Part shown: positions 9,129 to 17,206 of the stretch, piece by piece | Numbering within the stretch: position 1 is the first letter of the stretch | How the letters are laid out: every line of letters starts with the position of its first letter | Source of the DNA: Candidatus Eiseniibacteriota bacterium | Lineage (GTDB): Bacteria > Eisenbacteria > RBG-16-71-46 > JABDJR01 | NCBI GenBank assembly: GCA_013003415.1 | Contig: JABDJR010000003.1 | Location: 1 to 35,075 of the forward strand | Direction of reading: 5' to 3' | Length of the DNA stretch: 35,075 bases | Translations under genes and position numbers: made by a program | Notes under the pieces: model-generated | The model's database searches: none | Told to the model about the DNA's origin: nothing | What the model saw: only the letters and a program-made list of their open reading frames with translations

Positions 9129-9623
9129 ATGAATCTCCAAGATTTAAAGCCTTCAAAAGGCTCAACCAAGAATCGCAAACGCATTGGACGCGGCCAAGCG
9201 TCGGGACAGGGCTGTACCTCCGGTAAGGGTACGAAGGGACAGAAGTCCCGCTCCGGTTACAGCTTCCGACCCTGGTTTGAAGGTGGTCAGATGCCCCTTC
9301 AGCGTCGTACGCCAAAACGCGGCTTTGTGAACATCCACGCCAAACCCTCTGAAGCGGTCAACGTATCGCGGCTGGTTGGTTTTGGTGGTGAGGTGGTTAC
9401 CGCCGAAGTGTTGGCCGAACGCGGTCTTATCAACAACCCCAAGTGTCGTCTGACGATCCTGGGTAATGGTGAGATCGGTGAGCCGGTCACCGTGCGTGCA
9501 CACAAGTTTTCGCCCTCCGCCAAGCAGAAGATCGAAGCTGCGGGTGGAACGGCCGAAGTTATCGTGCCTCCGAGACGCTACAAGCGTTTGAAGAAAAAAT
9601 CGGAGCGCCCGAAAAAAGCTTAA
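9129..9623 (+). CDS. rplO: 50S ribosomal protein L15
   Basis: 164 aa, MNLQDLKPSKGSTKNRKRIGRGQASGQGCTSGKGTKGQKSRSG, typical L15. Basic C-terminal tail. Confidence 0.97.
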   Translation: MNLQDLKPSKGSTKNRKRIGRGQASGQGCTSGKGTKGQKSRSGYSFRPWFEGGQMPLQRRTPKRGFVNIHAKPSEAVNVSRLVGFGGEVVTAEVLAERGLINNPKCRLTILGNGEIGEPVTVRAHKFSPSAKQKIEAAGGTAEVIVPPRRYKRLKKKSERPKKA

Positions 9624-9648
9624 CGGTTCAAACCGTTCGAGGAAGTAG

Positions 9649-10965
9649 ATGCTTAACAAACTGCAGAACGTATTCAGCATTCCCGAGCTGAAAAAACGGA
9701 TTATTTTCACTGGTGCGATGCTCATTGTGTATCGCTTGGGTGGTCATATCCCTACGCCCGGGGTCGATGGTGCAGCACTTAAGGCGTACTTTGCTCAAAA
9801 TCAGGGTACCCTGTTTGGTCTTTATGACATGTTCGTAGGGGGTGCTTTTGAGCGCGCCACCGTGTTTGCCCTCGGCATCATGCCGTATATTAGCGCCTCG
9901 ATTATCATTCAGCTCTTCGGAGCGGTGATTCCCTATTTTGAGCGTCTTCAAAAAGAGGGTGAAGAGGGTAGGAAGAAGATTACGCAGCTTACTAGGTATG
10001 GAACCGTCTTTTTGGCGGCCATCCAGTCCTTCGGTATTGCGATCTTCTTGCAGAACCTGAATGCGCAGGGAAGTACCCCCGTGGTACCCAATACCGGAGT
10101 CGGATTTATTCTTCTCACGGTGCTTACCCTGACTGCAGGTACGATCTTTATCATGTGGCTGGGTGAGCAGATCACCGATCGTGGGATTGGAAACGGTATT
10201 TCCCTTCTCATTACGATCGGGATTATCGCCATGTACCCGAACGACATCCTGAACACGCTTCGTGCCTGGACGGCGGGTCAGTTCAACATTCTCGAGCTTA
10301 TTATTCTGGGCTTGGTGCTTCTTGGAGTAACCGTCCTTGTGGTCCTGATGGTGCTCGGGGTTCGAAAAATTCCAGTTCAGTACGCCAAACGTGTGGTTGG
10401 TCGAAAGATGTATGGCGGGCAGAGTACGCATATCCCGCTTCGGGTGAACACCGCCGGTGTTATGCCTATCATTTTCGCCCAGTCGATTATTGCTTTTCCG
10501 GGTACGCTGGCCGCGTTATTCCCGGGTAACGACATCATGGCAGCTATTCAAACCTGGTTTTCGCCAGGGGCGGCACCTTACGTCATTATCTATGGCGCCA
10601 TGATCGTGTTCTTTACCTACTTCTACACCGCGATCATCTTGAATCCGGTGGATCTCGCAGACAACATGCGGAAGTACGGTGGTTTCATTCCGGGTATTCG
10701 TCCGGGTAAGAAAACGGCTGAGTATATTGATCTGGTGTTAACCCGGATCACGTTGCCAGGGTCAATCTTCCTGGCGTTTATCGCTATTTTGCCCGATATC
10801 ATGATCGCCAAGTTTGGAGTTCCGTTCTACTTTGGCGGTACCGGACTCCTGATTGTGGTCGGGGTTATGTTAGACACCATGAGTCAAATCGAGTCTCATT
10901 TGCACATGCGTCATTACGACGGCTTCATGAAAAGCGGCAAGATGAGGTCGGGGAATACTCGATGA
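9649..10965 (+). CDS. secY: Preprotein translocase subunit SecY
   Basis: 438 aa multi-pass membrane protein with FALGIMPYISASIIIQL and TRYGTV motifs. Canonical position after rplO. Confidence 0.98.
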   Translation: MLNKLQNVFSIPELKKRIIFTGAMLIVYRLGGHIPTPGVDGAALKAYFAQNQGTLFGLYDMFVGGAFERATVFALGIMPYISASIIIQLFGAVIPYFERLQKEGEEGRKKITQLTRYGTVFLAAIQSFGIAIFLQNLNAQGSTPVVPNTGVGFILLTVLTLTAGTIFIMWLGEQITDRGIGNGISLLITIGIIAMYPNDILNTLRAWTAGQFNILELIILGLVLLGVTVLVVLMVLGVRKIPVQYAKRVVGRKMYGGQSTHIPLRVNTAGVMPIIFAQSIIAFPGTLAALFPGNDIMAAIQTWFSPGAAPYVIIYGAMIVFFTYFYTAIILNPVDLADNMRKYGGFIPGIRPGKKTAEYIDLVLTRITLPGSIFLAFIAILPDIMIAKFGVPFYFGGTGLLIVVGVMLDTMSQIESHLHMRHYDGFMKSGKMRSGNTR

Positions 10966-11537
10966 GGGTTGTCTTCCTTGGTCCACCAGGGGTAGGCAAA
11001 GGTACACAAGCTTCGATTTTCTGCCGGAACAATGACTTTCGTCATATTTCCACGGGAGAGTTGTTGCGAAATGCCTTAGAACTCGATGGTGAGATGGGTC
11101 AGAAGATTCGCAAGTTTATGGAAGCAGGTGATCTCGTTCCCGACGATCTGATGTTGGGAATGATTGAGTCAGCTCTCGTAGATGAGCAGAACGGTGTTGT
11201 GTTCGACGGCTTTCCGCGAACCGAGGTACAGGCCCGAGGCCTAGATGACCTCTTGGAAAAACGTAACGAACGCGTCGATCGGGTAGTGTTGCTGATCGCG
11301 GACGAGGCCGAAGTGATTCGGCGAGTACTCGCCCGGGGCCGAAGCGACGATACGCTTGAGACGGTACGGCATCGGTTTGAAGTTTACGACGCAAGCACGG
11401 CGCCTCTCATTGAGTACTACCGTGAGCGCGGCACGTTAAGAGAAGTCGATGGCATGGGTGCCATCAGCGAGATTCAAGAGCGAATTCACAACGCTCTGAT
11501 GGATGACGGTTCGGCAAACGGCCGAAGCGCAGGTTGA
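10962..11537 (+). CDS. adk: Adenylate kinase (short-LID, 191 aa)
   Basis: P-loop GPPGVGKGTQ. ATGA overlap with the secY stop. The LID region RGRSDDTLETVRHR is short and has no Cys4 or equivalent insertion. Confidence 0.96.
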   Translation: MRVVFLGPPGVGKGTQASIFCRNNDFRHISTGELLRNALELDGEMGQKIRKFMEAGDLVPDDLMLGMIESALVDEQNGVVFDGFPRTEVQARGLDDLLEKRNERVDRVVLLIADEAEVIRRVLARGRSDDTLETVRHRFEVYDASTAPLIEYYRERGTLREVDGMGAISEIQERIHNALMDDGSANGRSAG

Positions 11538-11559
11538 TTGAAGGAAACTGGAGCAAGCT

Positions 11560-12333
11560 ATGGTGACATTGCGAAGCAAAGACGAAGTCGACAAAATTCG
11601 TCACTCTGCCCAAATTGTGGCGGGGACGCTTCAGTTGCTAAAAAGCATGGGAGCCCCCGGGGTTGATACCGGTGATATGGACAAGAAGGCTGAAGAGTTC
11701 ATCCGCGACAACGGCGGTGAGCCTTCCTTCCTTGGTTATCACGGGTTTCCGGCCTCCACCTGTATTTCCATCAACGAAGAAGTAGTTCATGGCATTCCCG
11801 GTCGTCGCATCATTCAAGAAGGCGACATTGTGGGTGTCGACGTGGGAGTCTACAAGAATGGCTATCACGGCGACGCGGCGCTCAGCTTCCCTATTGGTGA
11901 AGTATCCGAGCGAGCCAAAGAGCTGCTGAAAGTAACCGAGGAAAGCCTCCTCAAGGGGATCGAGGCTTTTCGTCCCGGAAATACTCTGGGCGATGTGGGA
12001 CATGCAGTGCAGTCCCACGGAGAAAAACACGGATTTGGAATTGTGCGCAGTCTCGTCGGTCACGGGATCGGTACAGAGATGCACGAAGATCCCCAGGTTC
12101 CGAACTACGGGAAACCAGGTTCAGGACTGAAACTCAGAGCGGGTATGGTTTGCGCCATCGAGCCGATGCTTACGGTCGGCGATCACGATGTGAAAACCCT
12201 ATCCGATCATTGGACGATTGTTACGCGAGACGGATCGCTAGCTTGTCATTTCGAGCACACGGTGGCCTTAACCGAAAACGGCCCCGAGATCCTGAGCGTG
12301 GTTCCAACTGGAGAAAAAGTCAGCGCCGACTAG
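11560..12333 (+). CDS. map: Type I methionine aminopeptidase
   Basis: 257 aa with the metal-ligand context VGVDVGVYKNGYHGD, GHGIG and EPM, typical MetAP1. Confidence 0.96.
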   Translation: MVTLRSKDEVDKIRHSAQIVAGTLQLLKSMGAPGVDTGDMDKKAEEFIRDNGGEPSFLGYHGFPASTCISINEEVVHGIPGRRIIQEGDIVGVDVGVYKNGYHGDAALSFPIGEVSERAKELLKVTEESLLKGIEAFRPGNTLGDVGHAVQSHGEKHGFGIVRSLVGHGIGTEMHEDPQVPNYGKPGSGLKLRAGMVCAIEPMLTVGDHDVKTLSDHWTIVTRDGSLACHFEHTVALTENGPEILSVVPTGEKVSAD

Positions 12334-12391
12334 GCAAGTTAAATTGATTTTGGGCCTGTTGGTTCGGGGCTAAGCTCCGGAGGAAGCTAAG

Positions 12392-12505
12392 ATGAAAGTA
12401 AAAGCAAGCGTAAAACCGATGTGTGACAACTGTAAGTTGATTAAGCGTCGAGGTGTTGTGCGGATCATCTGCACAAATCCTCGTCACAAACAACGGCAAG
12501 GATAG
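12392..12505 (+). CDS. rpmJ: 50S ribosomal protein L36 (zinc-binding form)
   Basis: Not in the ORF track (under 60 aa). Hand translation gives [37 protein letters not shown], then TAG at 12503-12505. GGAGGAAG SD upstream. Confidence 0.95.
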   Translation: MKVKASVKPMCDNCKLIKRRGVVRIICTNPRHKQRQG

Positions 12506-12516
12506 GGGAAAGACGA

Positions 12517-12900
12517 GTGGCACGTATTGCCGGAGTGGATCTCCCAAACGACAAACGAGTAGAAACTGCACTGACCTACATTTTTGGTATCGGTCTCACT
12601 ACCGCTAAGAAGATTTTGGCGGCGACCGGTGTCAATCCCGACACTCGGGTGAAGGCTCTTTCCGATGAAGATACGGGTAAGCTCCGTAACGAAATCGAGA
12701 GCAAGTACCGGGTTGAGGGTGCGCTTCACACCGAAGTGCAAATGAACGTCAAGCGGCTTATGGATATTGGCTGTTACCGAGGGCTACGGCACCGTCGTGG
12801 TTTGCCCGCTCGCGGACAGCGTACAAAGACCAACGCGAGAACACGCAAAGGTCCAAAGAAAACGGCCGGTTCGGGTCGTGCCAAGCTCACCAAGACTTAA
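12517..12900 (+). CDS. rpsM: 30S ribosomal protein S13
   Basis: GTG start. [26 protein letters not shown]..., typical S13. Confidence 0.98.
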   Translation: MARIAGVDLPNDKRVETALTYIFGIGLTTAKKILAATGVNPDTRVKALSDEDTGKLRNEIESKYRVEGALHTEVQMNVKRLMDIGCYRGLRHRRGLPARGQRTKTNARTRKGPKKTAGSGRAKLTKT

Positions 12901-12945
12901 ACCGATATCGATTTAAGTTTTCGGACTTGAGTTTAAGGAGGAATC

Positions 12946-13335
12946 GTGGCCAAAGGTAAAGGCACGAAGAAGAAAAAAGATCGCAAAGTACCGGTCAACG
13001 GCGTAGCGCACATTAAAGCTACGTTCAATAACACGATCGTCTCGATCACCGACCCCGATGGCAACGTTGTTGCGTGGGCCAGTTCGGGGATGACCGGTTT
13101 CAAGGGAAGCCGTAAGAGCACCCCTTTTGCTGCTCAGCTTGCCGCTGATAAAGCAGCCAAAGAGTGTCTCGATGCGGGCATGCGAAAAGTCGAAGTCATG
13201 GTTAAGGGACCCGGAGCCGGCCGCGAAGCCGCCATCCGTTCCTTGGCTGCGGCCGGACTCGAGATCGTCGCTATTCGCGACGTCACCCCGATTCCGCACA
13301 ACGGCTGTCGCCCGCCCAAACGGCGTCGCGTATAA
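12946..13335 (+). CDS. rpsK: 30S ribosomal protein S11
   Basis: GTG start after [39 protein letters not shown]...[13 protein letters not shown]. Confidence 0.98.
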   Translation: MAKGKGTKKKKDRKVPVNGVAHIKATFNNTIVSITDPDGNVVAWASSGMTGFKGSRKSTPFAAQLAADKAAKECLDAGMRKVEVMVKGPGAGREAAIRSLAAAGLEIVAIRDVTPIPHNGCRPPKRRRV

Positions 13336-13429
13336 CAAGCGTATAGGGCTAGAGCCCGGCGCCCACGGTAAATCGGCTTTGGCTGAGGTGCTCGTGGATA
13401 ACGCTTTTTCGGGCTCTTTATTTGAAGAA

Positions 13430-13474
13430 GGTTCTGGGGAATCCAGGACGCAAGAGAACCATTACGGAGGTTCT
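13430..13474 (+). promoter_or_regulatory. Alternative-pairing element overlapping the rpsD Shine-Dalgarno (candidate S4 autoregulatory leader)
   Basis: AGAACC (13455-13460) can pair with either GGTTCT at 13430-13435 or GGTTCT at 13469-13474. The latter overlaps SD GGAGG (13466-13470). The rpsK-rpsD spacer is unusually long at 145 nt. Confidence 0.25.
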
Positions 13475-13480
13475 AGGTAA

Positions 13481-14110
13481 ATGGCGAGATATGTCGGAGC
13501 ACGTTGTCGACTTTGTCGACGAGAGGGTGAAAAGCTTTTCCTGAAAGGGGATCGCTGTCACACAGATAAGTGCGCCATGGAACGGCGCGCATACCCTCCC
13601 GGAGAACACGGTCGGGACCGTCGCATTAAAGTTACAAACTTCGGATTGCAGTTAAGAGAAAAGCAAAAAGCGCGTCGTATCTACGGCATTCTTGAAAAGC
13701 AATTCCGGAACTATTTCCATCAGGCGGCTCGTCTCCCCGGAGCGACGGGCGAGAACCTCTTGCAGATTCTCGAAACCCGTTTGGACAACCTGGTGTTCCG
13801 CTTGGGGTTTGCCTCCTCGCGGCCTCAGGCCCGTCAGTTAATTCGTCACGGACACGTCAGTGTAAACGGCCGGAAGCTTGATATTCCTTCCGCTCGTTTG
13901 CGGGCTGGCGATGTGATCAGCGTCCGCGAATCCAGTCGCAACATTGTTCCTATTGAACATGCGGTGGAAACGCGCGGCGGTCGCGACTTGCCGGAGTGGT
14001 TAGCAGCCAATACGAAGACCTATCAGGGTCAGCTGTTAAGCCTTCCTACGCGCGACACGATCCCGGTCACGGTTCAAGAGAACTTGATCGTCGAGCTTTA
14101 CTCGAAGTAG
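13481..14110 (+). CDS. rpsD: 30S ribosomal protein S4 (zinc-ribbon form)
   Basis: 209 aa, [31 protein letters not shown]..., with an S4 RNA-binding domain ([26 protein letters not shown]). Confidence 0.98.
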   Translation: MARYVGARCRLCRREGEKLFLKGDRCHTDKCAMERRAYPPGEHGRDRRIKVTNFGLQLREKQKARRIYGILEKQFRNYFHQAARLPGATGENLLQILETRLDNLVFRLGFASSRPQARQLIRHGHVSVNGRKLDIPSARLRAGDVISVRESSRNIVPIEHAVETRGGRDLPEWLAANTKTYQGQLLSLPTRDTIPVTVQENLIVELYSK

Positions 14111-14183
14111 TCCGAGCAATTCGCCTGAGCAGGGCACGAAGGCGTCTTAATTTTTATAAGCCTTTATTAGGGAGATGTAGAGC

Positions 14184-15308
14184 ATGAAGTGGAAAAATCT
14201 CCAGATGCCAAAGCGCATCGATTTGGATGAAGCCACCGCAAATGATCGCTATGGACGGTTCGTGATTGAGCCTCTAGAGCGAGGATTTGGCTTAACGGTG
14301 GGTAACTCGCTTCGGCGTGTGTTGCTCTCCAGTTTGCAGGGAGCAGCCATCACGGCCGTGAAAATTGAAGGTGTGTTGCACGAGTTCAGCTCGATCCCTG
14401 GCGTCCTCGAAGACGTTAGCGAGATCATCCTGAACCTGAAGCAAATGCGCTTTAAGCTTCACGCCGATCACAAAATTAATGCCCGCTTCCAGAAAGCTGG
14501 AAACGGCGAGTTGAAAGCGGCCGATCTTCAGGCCGATCCGGGTCTCGAAGTTTTGAACCCGGATCTTCATGTCGCCAGCCTCAACGGTGAGGGAATGGTC
14601 GAGATGGAACTGGAGATTTCCGGTGGTCGGGGCTATGTGCCGGCCGATCAGCAGCAAGAAGAACGTTCGATTGGAGTGATTCCGGTCGATGCTAACTTCT
14701 CGCCCATCCGGAAGGTCAACTTTGAAGTCGAGAACACTCGCGTGGGTCAGCGCGTCGACTTTGACAAGCTAACCATTGAAGTGTGGACCGACGGCAGTAT
14801 TCTGCCGAAGGACGCCATCGCCTATGCCGCGATGATCCTCAAAGATCACTTCAAGATGTTTGTCGAGTTCGAAGAGCCGATCGTCACCGAGGTGGTGGAA
14901 GAAGTCGATCAAGAGAAAATGCGGATTCGTTCCATGCTCGACAAGACGGTCGAAGAGATGGAACTGTCGGTTCGCTCCGCGAACTGTCTCCGTGCTGCGG
15001 ATATCAAGACCATTGGTGACTTGGTTGTGAAACCCGAGTCCGCCATGCTCAAGTACCGCAACTTTGGTCGTAAGTCTTTGAAAGAAATTAGCGATATACT
15101 GACTGAAATGGGACTCCGTTTCGGTATGGACATCACGCCTTACCAGGTAGCAGCGCGGAAACGCGAAGATGCCCCGTCTCCTATGAGCGGTCCGGTTGGC
15201 GGTAGCATGGACATGACGGGTGATTCAGTCCCGTCCAGTGAGCCTGGTGAGACGGAAAACGGCGCCGAAGAGGCGGCCACCACGGGCGGAAGCGGCGACG
15301 ACGTCTAG
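14184..15308 (+). CDS. rpoA: DNA-directed RNA polymerase subunit alpha (with an acidic tail of about 57 aa after the CTD)
   Basis: 374 aa, [32 protein letters not shown] in the NTD and [21 protein letters not shown] in the CTD. Confidence 0.98.
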   Translation: MKWKNLQMPKRIDLDEATANDRYGRFVIEPLERGFGLTVGNSLRRVLLSSLQGAAITAVKIEGVLHEFSSIPGVLEDVSEIILNLKQMRFKLHADHKINARFQKAGNGELKAADLQADPGLEVLNPDLHVASLNGEGMVEMELEISGGRGYVPADQQQEERSIGVIPVDANFSPIRKVNFEVENTRVGQRVDFDKLTIEVWTDGSILPKDAIAYAAMILKDHFKMFVEFEEPIVTEVVEEVDQEKMRIRSMLDKTVEEMELSVRSANCLRAADIKTIGDLVVKPESAMLKYRNFGRKSLKEISDILTEMGLRFGMDITPYQVAARKREDAPSPMSGPVGGSMDMTGDSVPSSEPGETENGAEEAATTGGSGDDV

Positions 15309-15357
15309 TCGTCCGGCGGACAAAGATCCACCGCATCGTGGAAAAGAGGATAATGCT

Positions 15358-15819
15358 ATGAGACACCGAAAATCAGGACGCCAACTCAGCCGGACAGCTT
15401 CGCATCGACGCGCGCTTTTGCGTAACTTGGTGACCGAACTGTTCCGTCACGAGCGGATCGAAACCACCGAAGCCAAAGCCAAAGAAGCACGGCGGGTGGC
15501 CGACCGTATGGTGACGCTTGCTAAGCGTGGCGACCTTCATGCTCGTCGCCAGGTCGACAGCTATCTTCAGAGCAAAGAAGTGACGAAGAAGTTGTTTTCG
15601 ACCATTGCCCCTTGGTATGCCGAGCGCAATGGTGGTTACACCCGAGTGCTGAAAACTCGTCATCGTCTTGGTGATGGCGGCGAAATGGCCTTCCTAGAGC
15701 TCGTCAAAACCGAGGAGCAGATGGAGGCGGATCGTCAGCGCGAGCGGGAAGCCGCCGAGGCTAAGGCAAACAAGGCAGCTGAAACTGCCGAAGCGAACGC
15801 CGCCGCCCAGCAGGGTTAG
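15358..15819 (+). CDS. rplQ: 50S ribosomal protein L17 (with an Ala/Glu-rich C-terminal extension)
   Basis: ATG at 15358 gives [24 protein letters not shown], the canonical L17 start. The ORF-track start at 15220 overlaps rpoA. Confidence 0.96.
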   Translation: MRHRKSGRQLSRTASHRRALLRNLVTELFRHERIETTEAKAKEARRVADRMVTLAKRGDLHARRQVDSYLQSKEVTKKLFSTIAPWYAERNGGYTRVLKTRHRLGDGGEMAFLELVKTEEQMEADRQREREAAEAKANKAAETAEANAAAQQG

Positions 15820-15849
15820 CCCTTTTCGGTTAGAGCAGAGTTAGGGAAA

Positions 15850-15878
15850 GCGCCCGGATTGATCCGGGCGCTTTCTTC
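15850..15878 (+). terminator. Rho-independent terminator closing the ribosomal superoperon
   Basis: GCGCCCGG (15850-15857) pairs with CCGGGCGC (15864-15871), loop ATTGAT, followed by TTTCTTC. Confidence 0.8.
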
Positions 15879-16041
15879 ATGCCCGGAATCACCCAGGCCT
15901 CAAAGTGGCGGATTTGGTGAAAGAGCGGTATCGTTGAACCGATACTGAGTGTGTAAGCCTCATTAACCTATTCACTTGGAAGCTCTGTGATCCCCAAACC
16001 CGCGCCTTCATCATCCTTCTCCGAGTCCCTCGCTTAACCCC

Positions 16042-17130
16042 ATGCGCATCGCGATTCTGGTTAATAGCCTCCCGCCACGCTCCATTGGTGGCGCCGAGAT
16101 TCAGGCGGCCTCAACCGCCGTCCGTCTTGCGGAACGGGGGCATGAGGTTACGGTATTTGCACGGGCCGTCCCCGGTGACACAGCCGGGGCTGAACTAAAG
16201 GATGGAGTGACCTGGGTCCGAACGAAAACGGCTCCTGTGCCGGGTTTGAGCTTCTTTGCTCATATTCTCGCCTTCAAGCGGGATTGGAAGAAGCACGGCG
16301 GCCCCCAAAGCGATGTCATCCTGGCCTACCAACTGGTGATCAACGGTGTTCTTGGCGCGCGGGTCTCCCAGGGCAAGATTCCCCTCGTGAGCTGGGTGCG
16401 CAGTGAGCTCGAAATCGAGAGCCAGGGCCTGAAGTATCGACGTCTGTCTCCGTGGGTTATTCGAAACAGCACGATTGTTCTGGCTCAAACAAAAACCTTG
16501 GCCGAGAAAGTGCGAGGCTTCTGCAAAGAGCACAAGGTCCCCAATCCCAAGGTAAGGGTTCTTCCGAACGCGATTGCCCTCAAAGAAGAGCCCACTTACG
16601 ATAATCGATCCGGGCTGGTCTTTCTTGGGCGCCTCGTGAGTCACAAGGGAGTCGAAGTTCTTCTCGGAGCTTTAAAAAGAGTATCTTCTTCGCCCCGGCT
16701 TCGAATGTTGGGCGACGGTCCCCTCCGGAGTGAGCTTCAGGCCAAAGCCAAAGGATTGAATGTGACCTTTGAAGGCGCGGTGGCTCCCAAGGACGTGTCG
16801 AAAGCTCTTGAAGGCGCGCGGGTCTTGGTCTCTTCGTCTTGGACCGAAGGATTTCCAAACGCAATCCTTGAAGGTATGGAACGAGGTATCCCGATTGTGG
16901 CTACCGCCGTGGGTGGGGTCACGGATGTGGTTGAAGATGCCATCACGGGTTACTTGGTGAAAGCGGGGGATGAGGAAGCCCTTGCGGCCAAGATGGAATT
17001 GCTTTTAGAGGATGATGATCTCTGGGAATCCATGGCTCGAGCCGCGCGGGCAACTGCCGAGACCTACAGTTGGGAAACCCATCTCCAAGAATTAGAAAAC
17101 GTGCTGAAAGATGCGATATCGGGCACCTGA
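16042..17130 (+). CDS. Glycosyltransferase, GT4 family (GT-B fold)
   Basis: 362 aa. N-terminal MRIAILVNSLPPRSIGGAEIQ, C-terminal half with the E-x7-E motif EGFPNAILE and GIPIVATAVGG. Confidence 0.85.
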   Translation: MRIAILVNSLPPRSIGGAEIQAASTAVRLAERGHEVTVFARAVPGDTAGAELKDGVTWVRTKTAPVPGLSFFAHILAFKRDWKKHGGPQSDVILAYQLVINGVLGARVSQGKIPLVSWVRSELEIESQGLKYRRLSPWVIRNSTIVLAQTKTLAEKVRGFCKEHKVPNPKVRVLPNAIALKEEPTYDNRSGLVFLGRLVSHKGVEVLLGALKRVSSSPRLRMLGDGPLRSELQAKAKGLNVTFEGAVAPKDVSKALEGARVLVSSSWTEGFPNAILEGMERGIPIVATAVGGVTDVVEDAITGYLVKAGDEEALAAKMELLLEDDDLWESMARAARATAETYSWETHLQELENVLKDAISGT

Positions 17131-17206
17131 GCCCATTTTGAGTGAACATAGCTACTCTAACTTTAGCTACCTATTCACCTACAAACGCTCAGCGGGTGGC
17201 TACCGC

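Noticed and set aside
9628-10431. 267-aa minus-strand ORF opposite secY
   Set aside because: It is fully antisense to secY, with no motif or SD support.
12334-12391. Possible infA remnant or pseudogene between map and rpmJ
   Set aside because: It is only 58 nt, and no IF-1-like peptide appears in any frame.
15220-15357. Upstream extension of the rplQ ORF
   Set aside because: It overlaps the rpoA tail. The L17 consensus N-terminus MRHRKSGR starts at 15358.
15927-15946. Small hairpin GTATCG-N6-CGATAC upstream of the glycosyltransferase gene
   Set aside because: It has only 6 bp, no U-tract and no supporting context. It is likely fortuitous.
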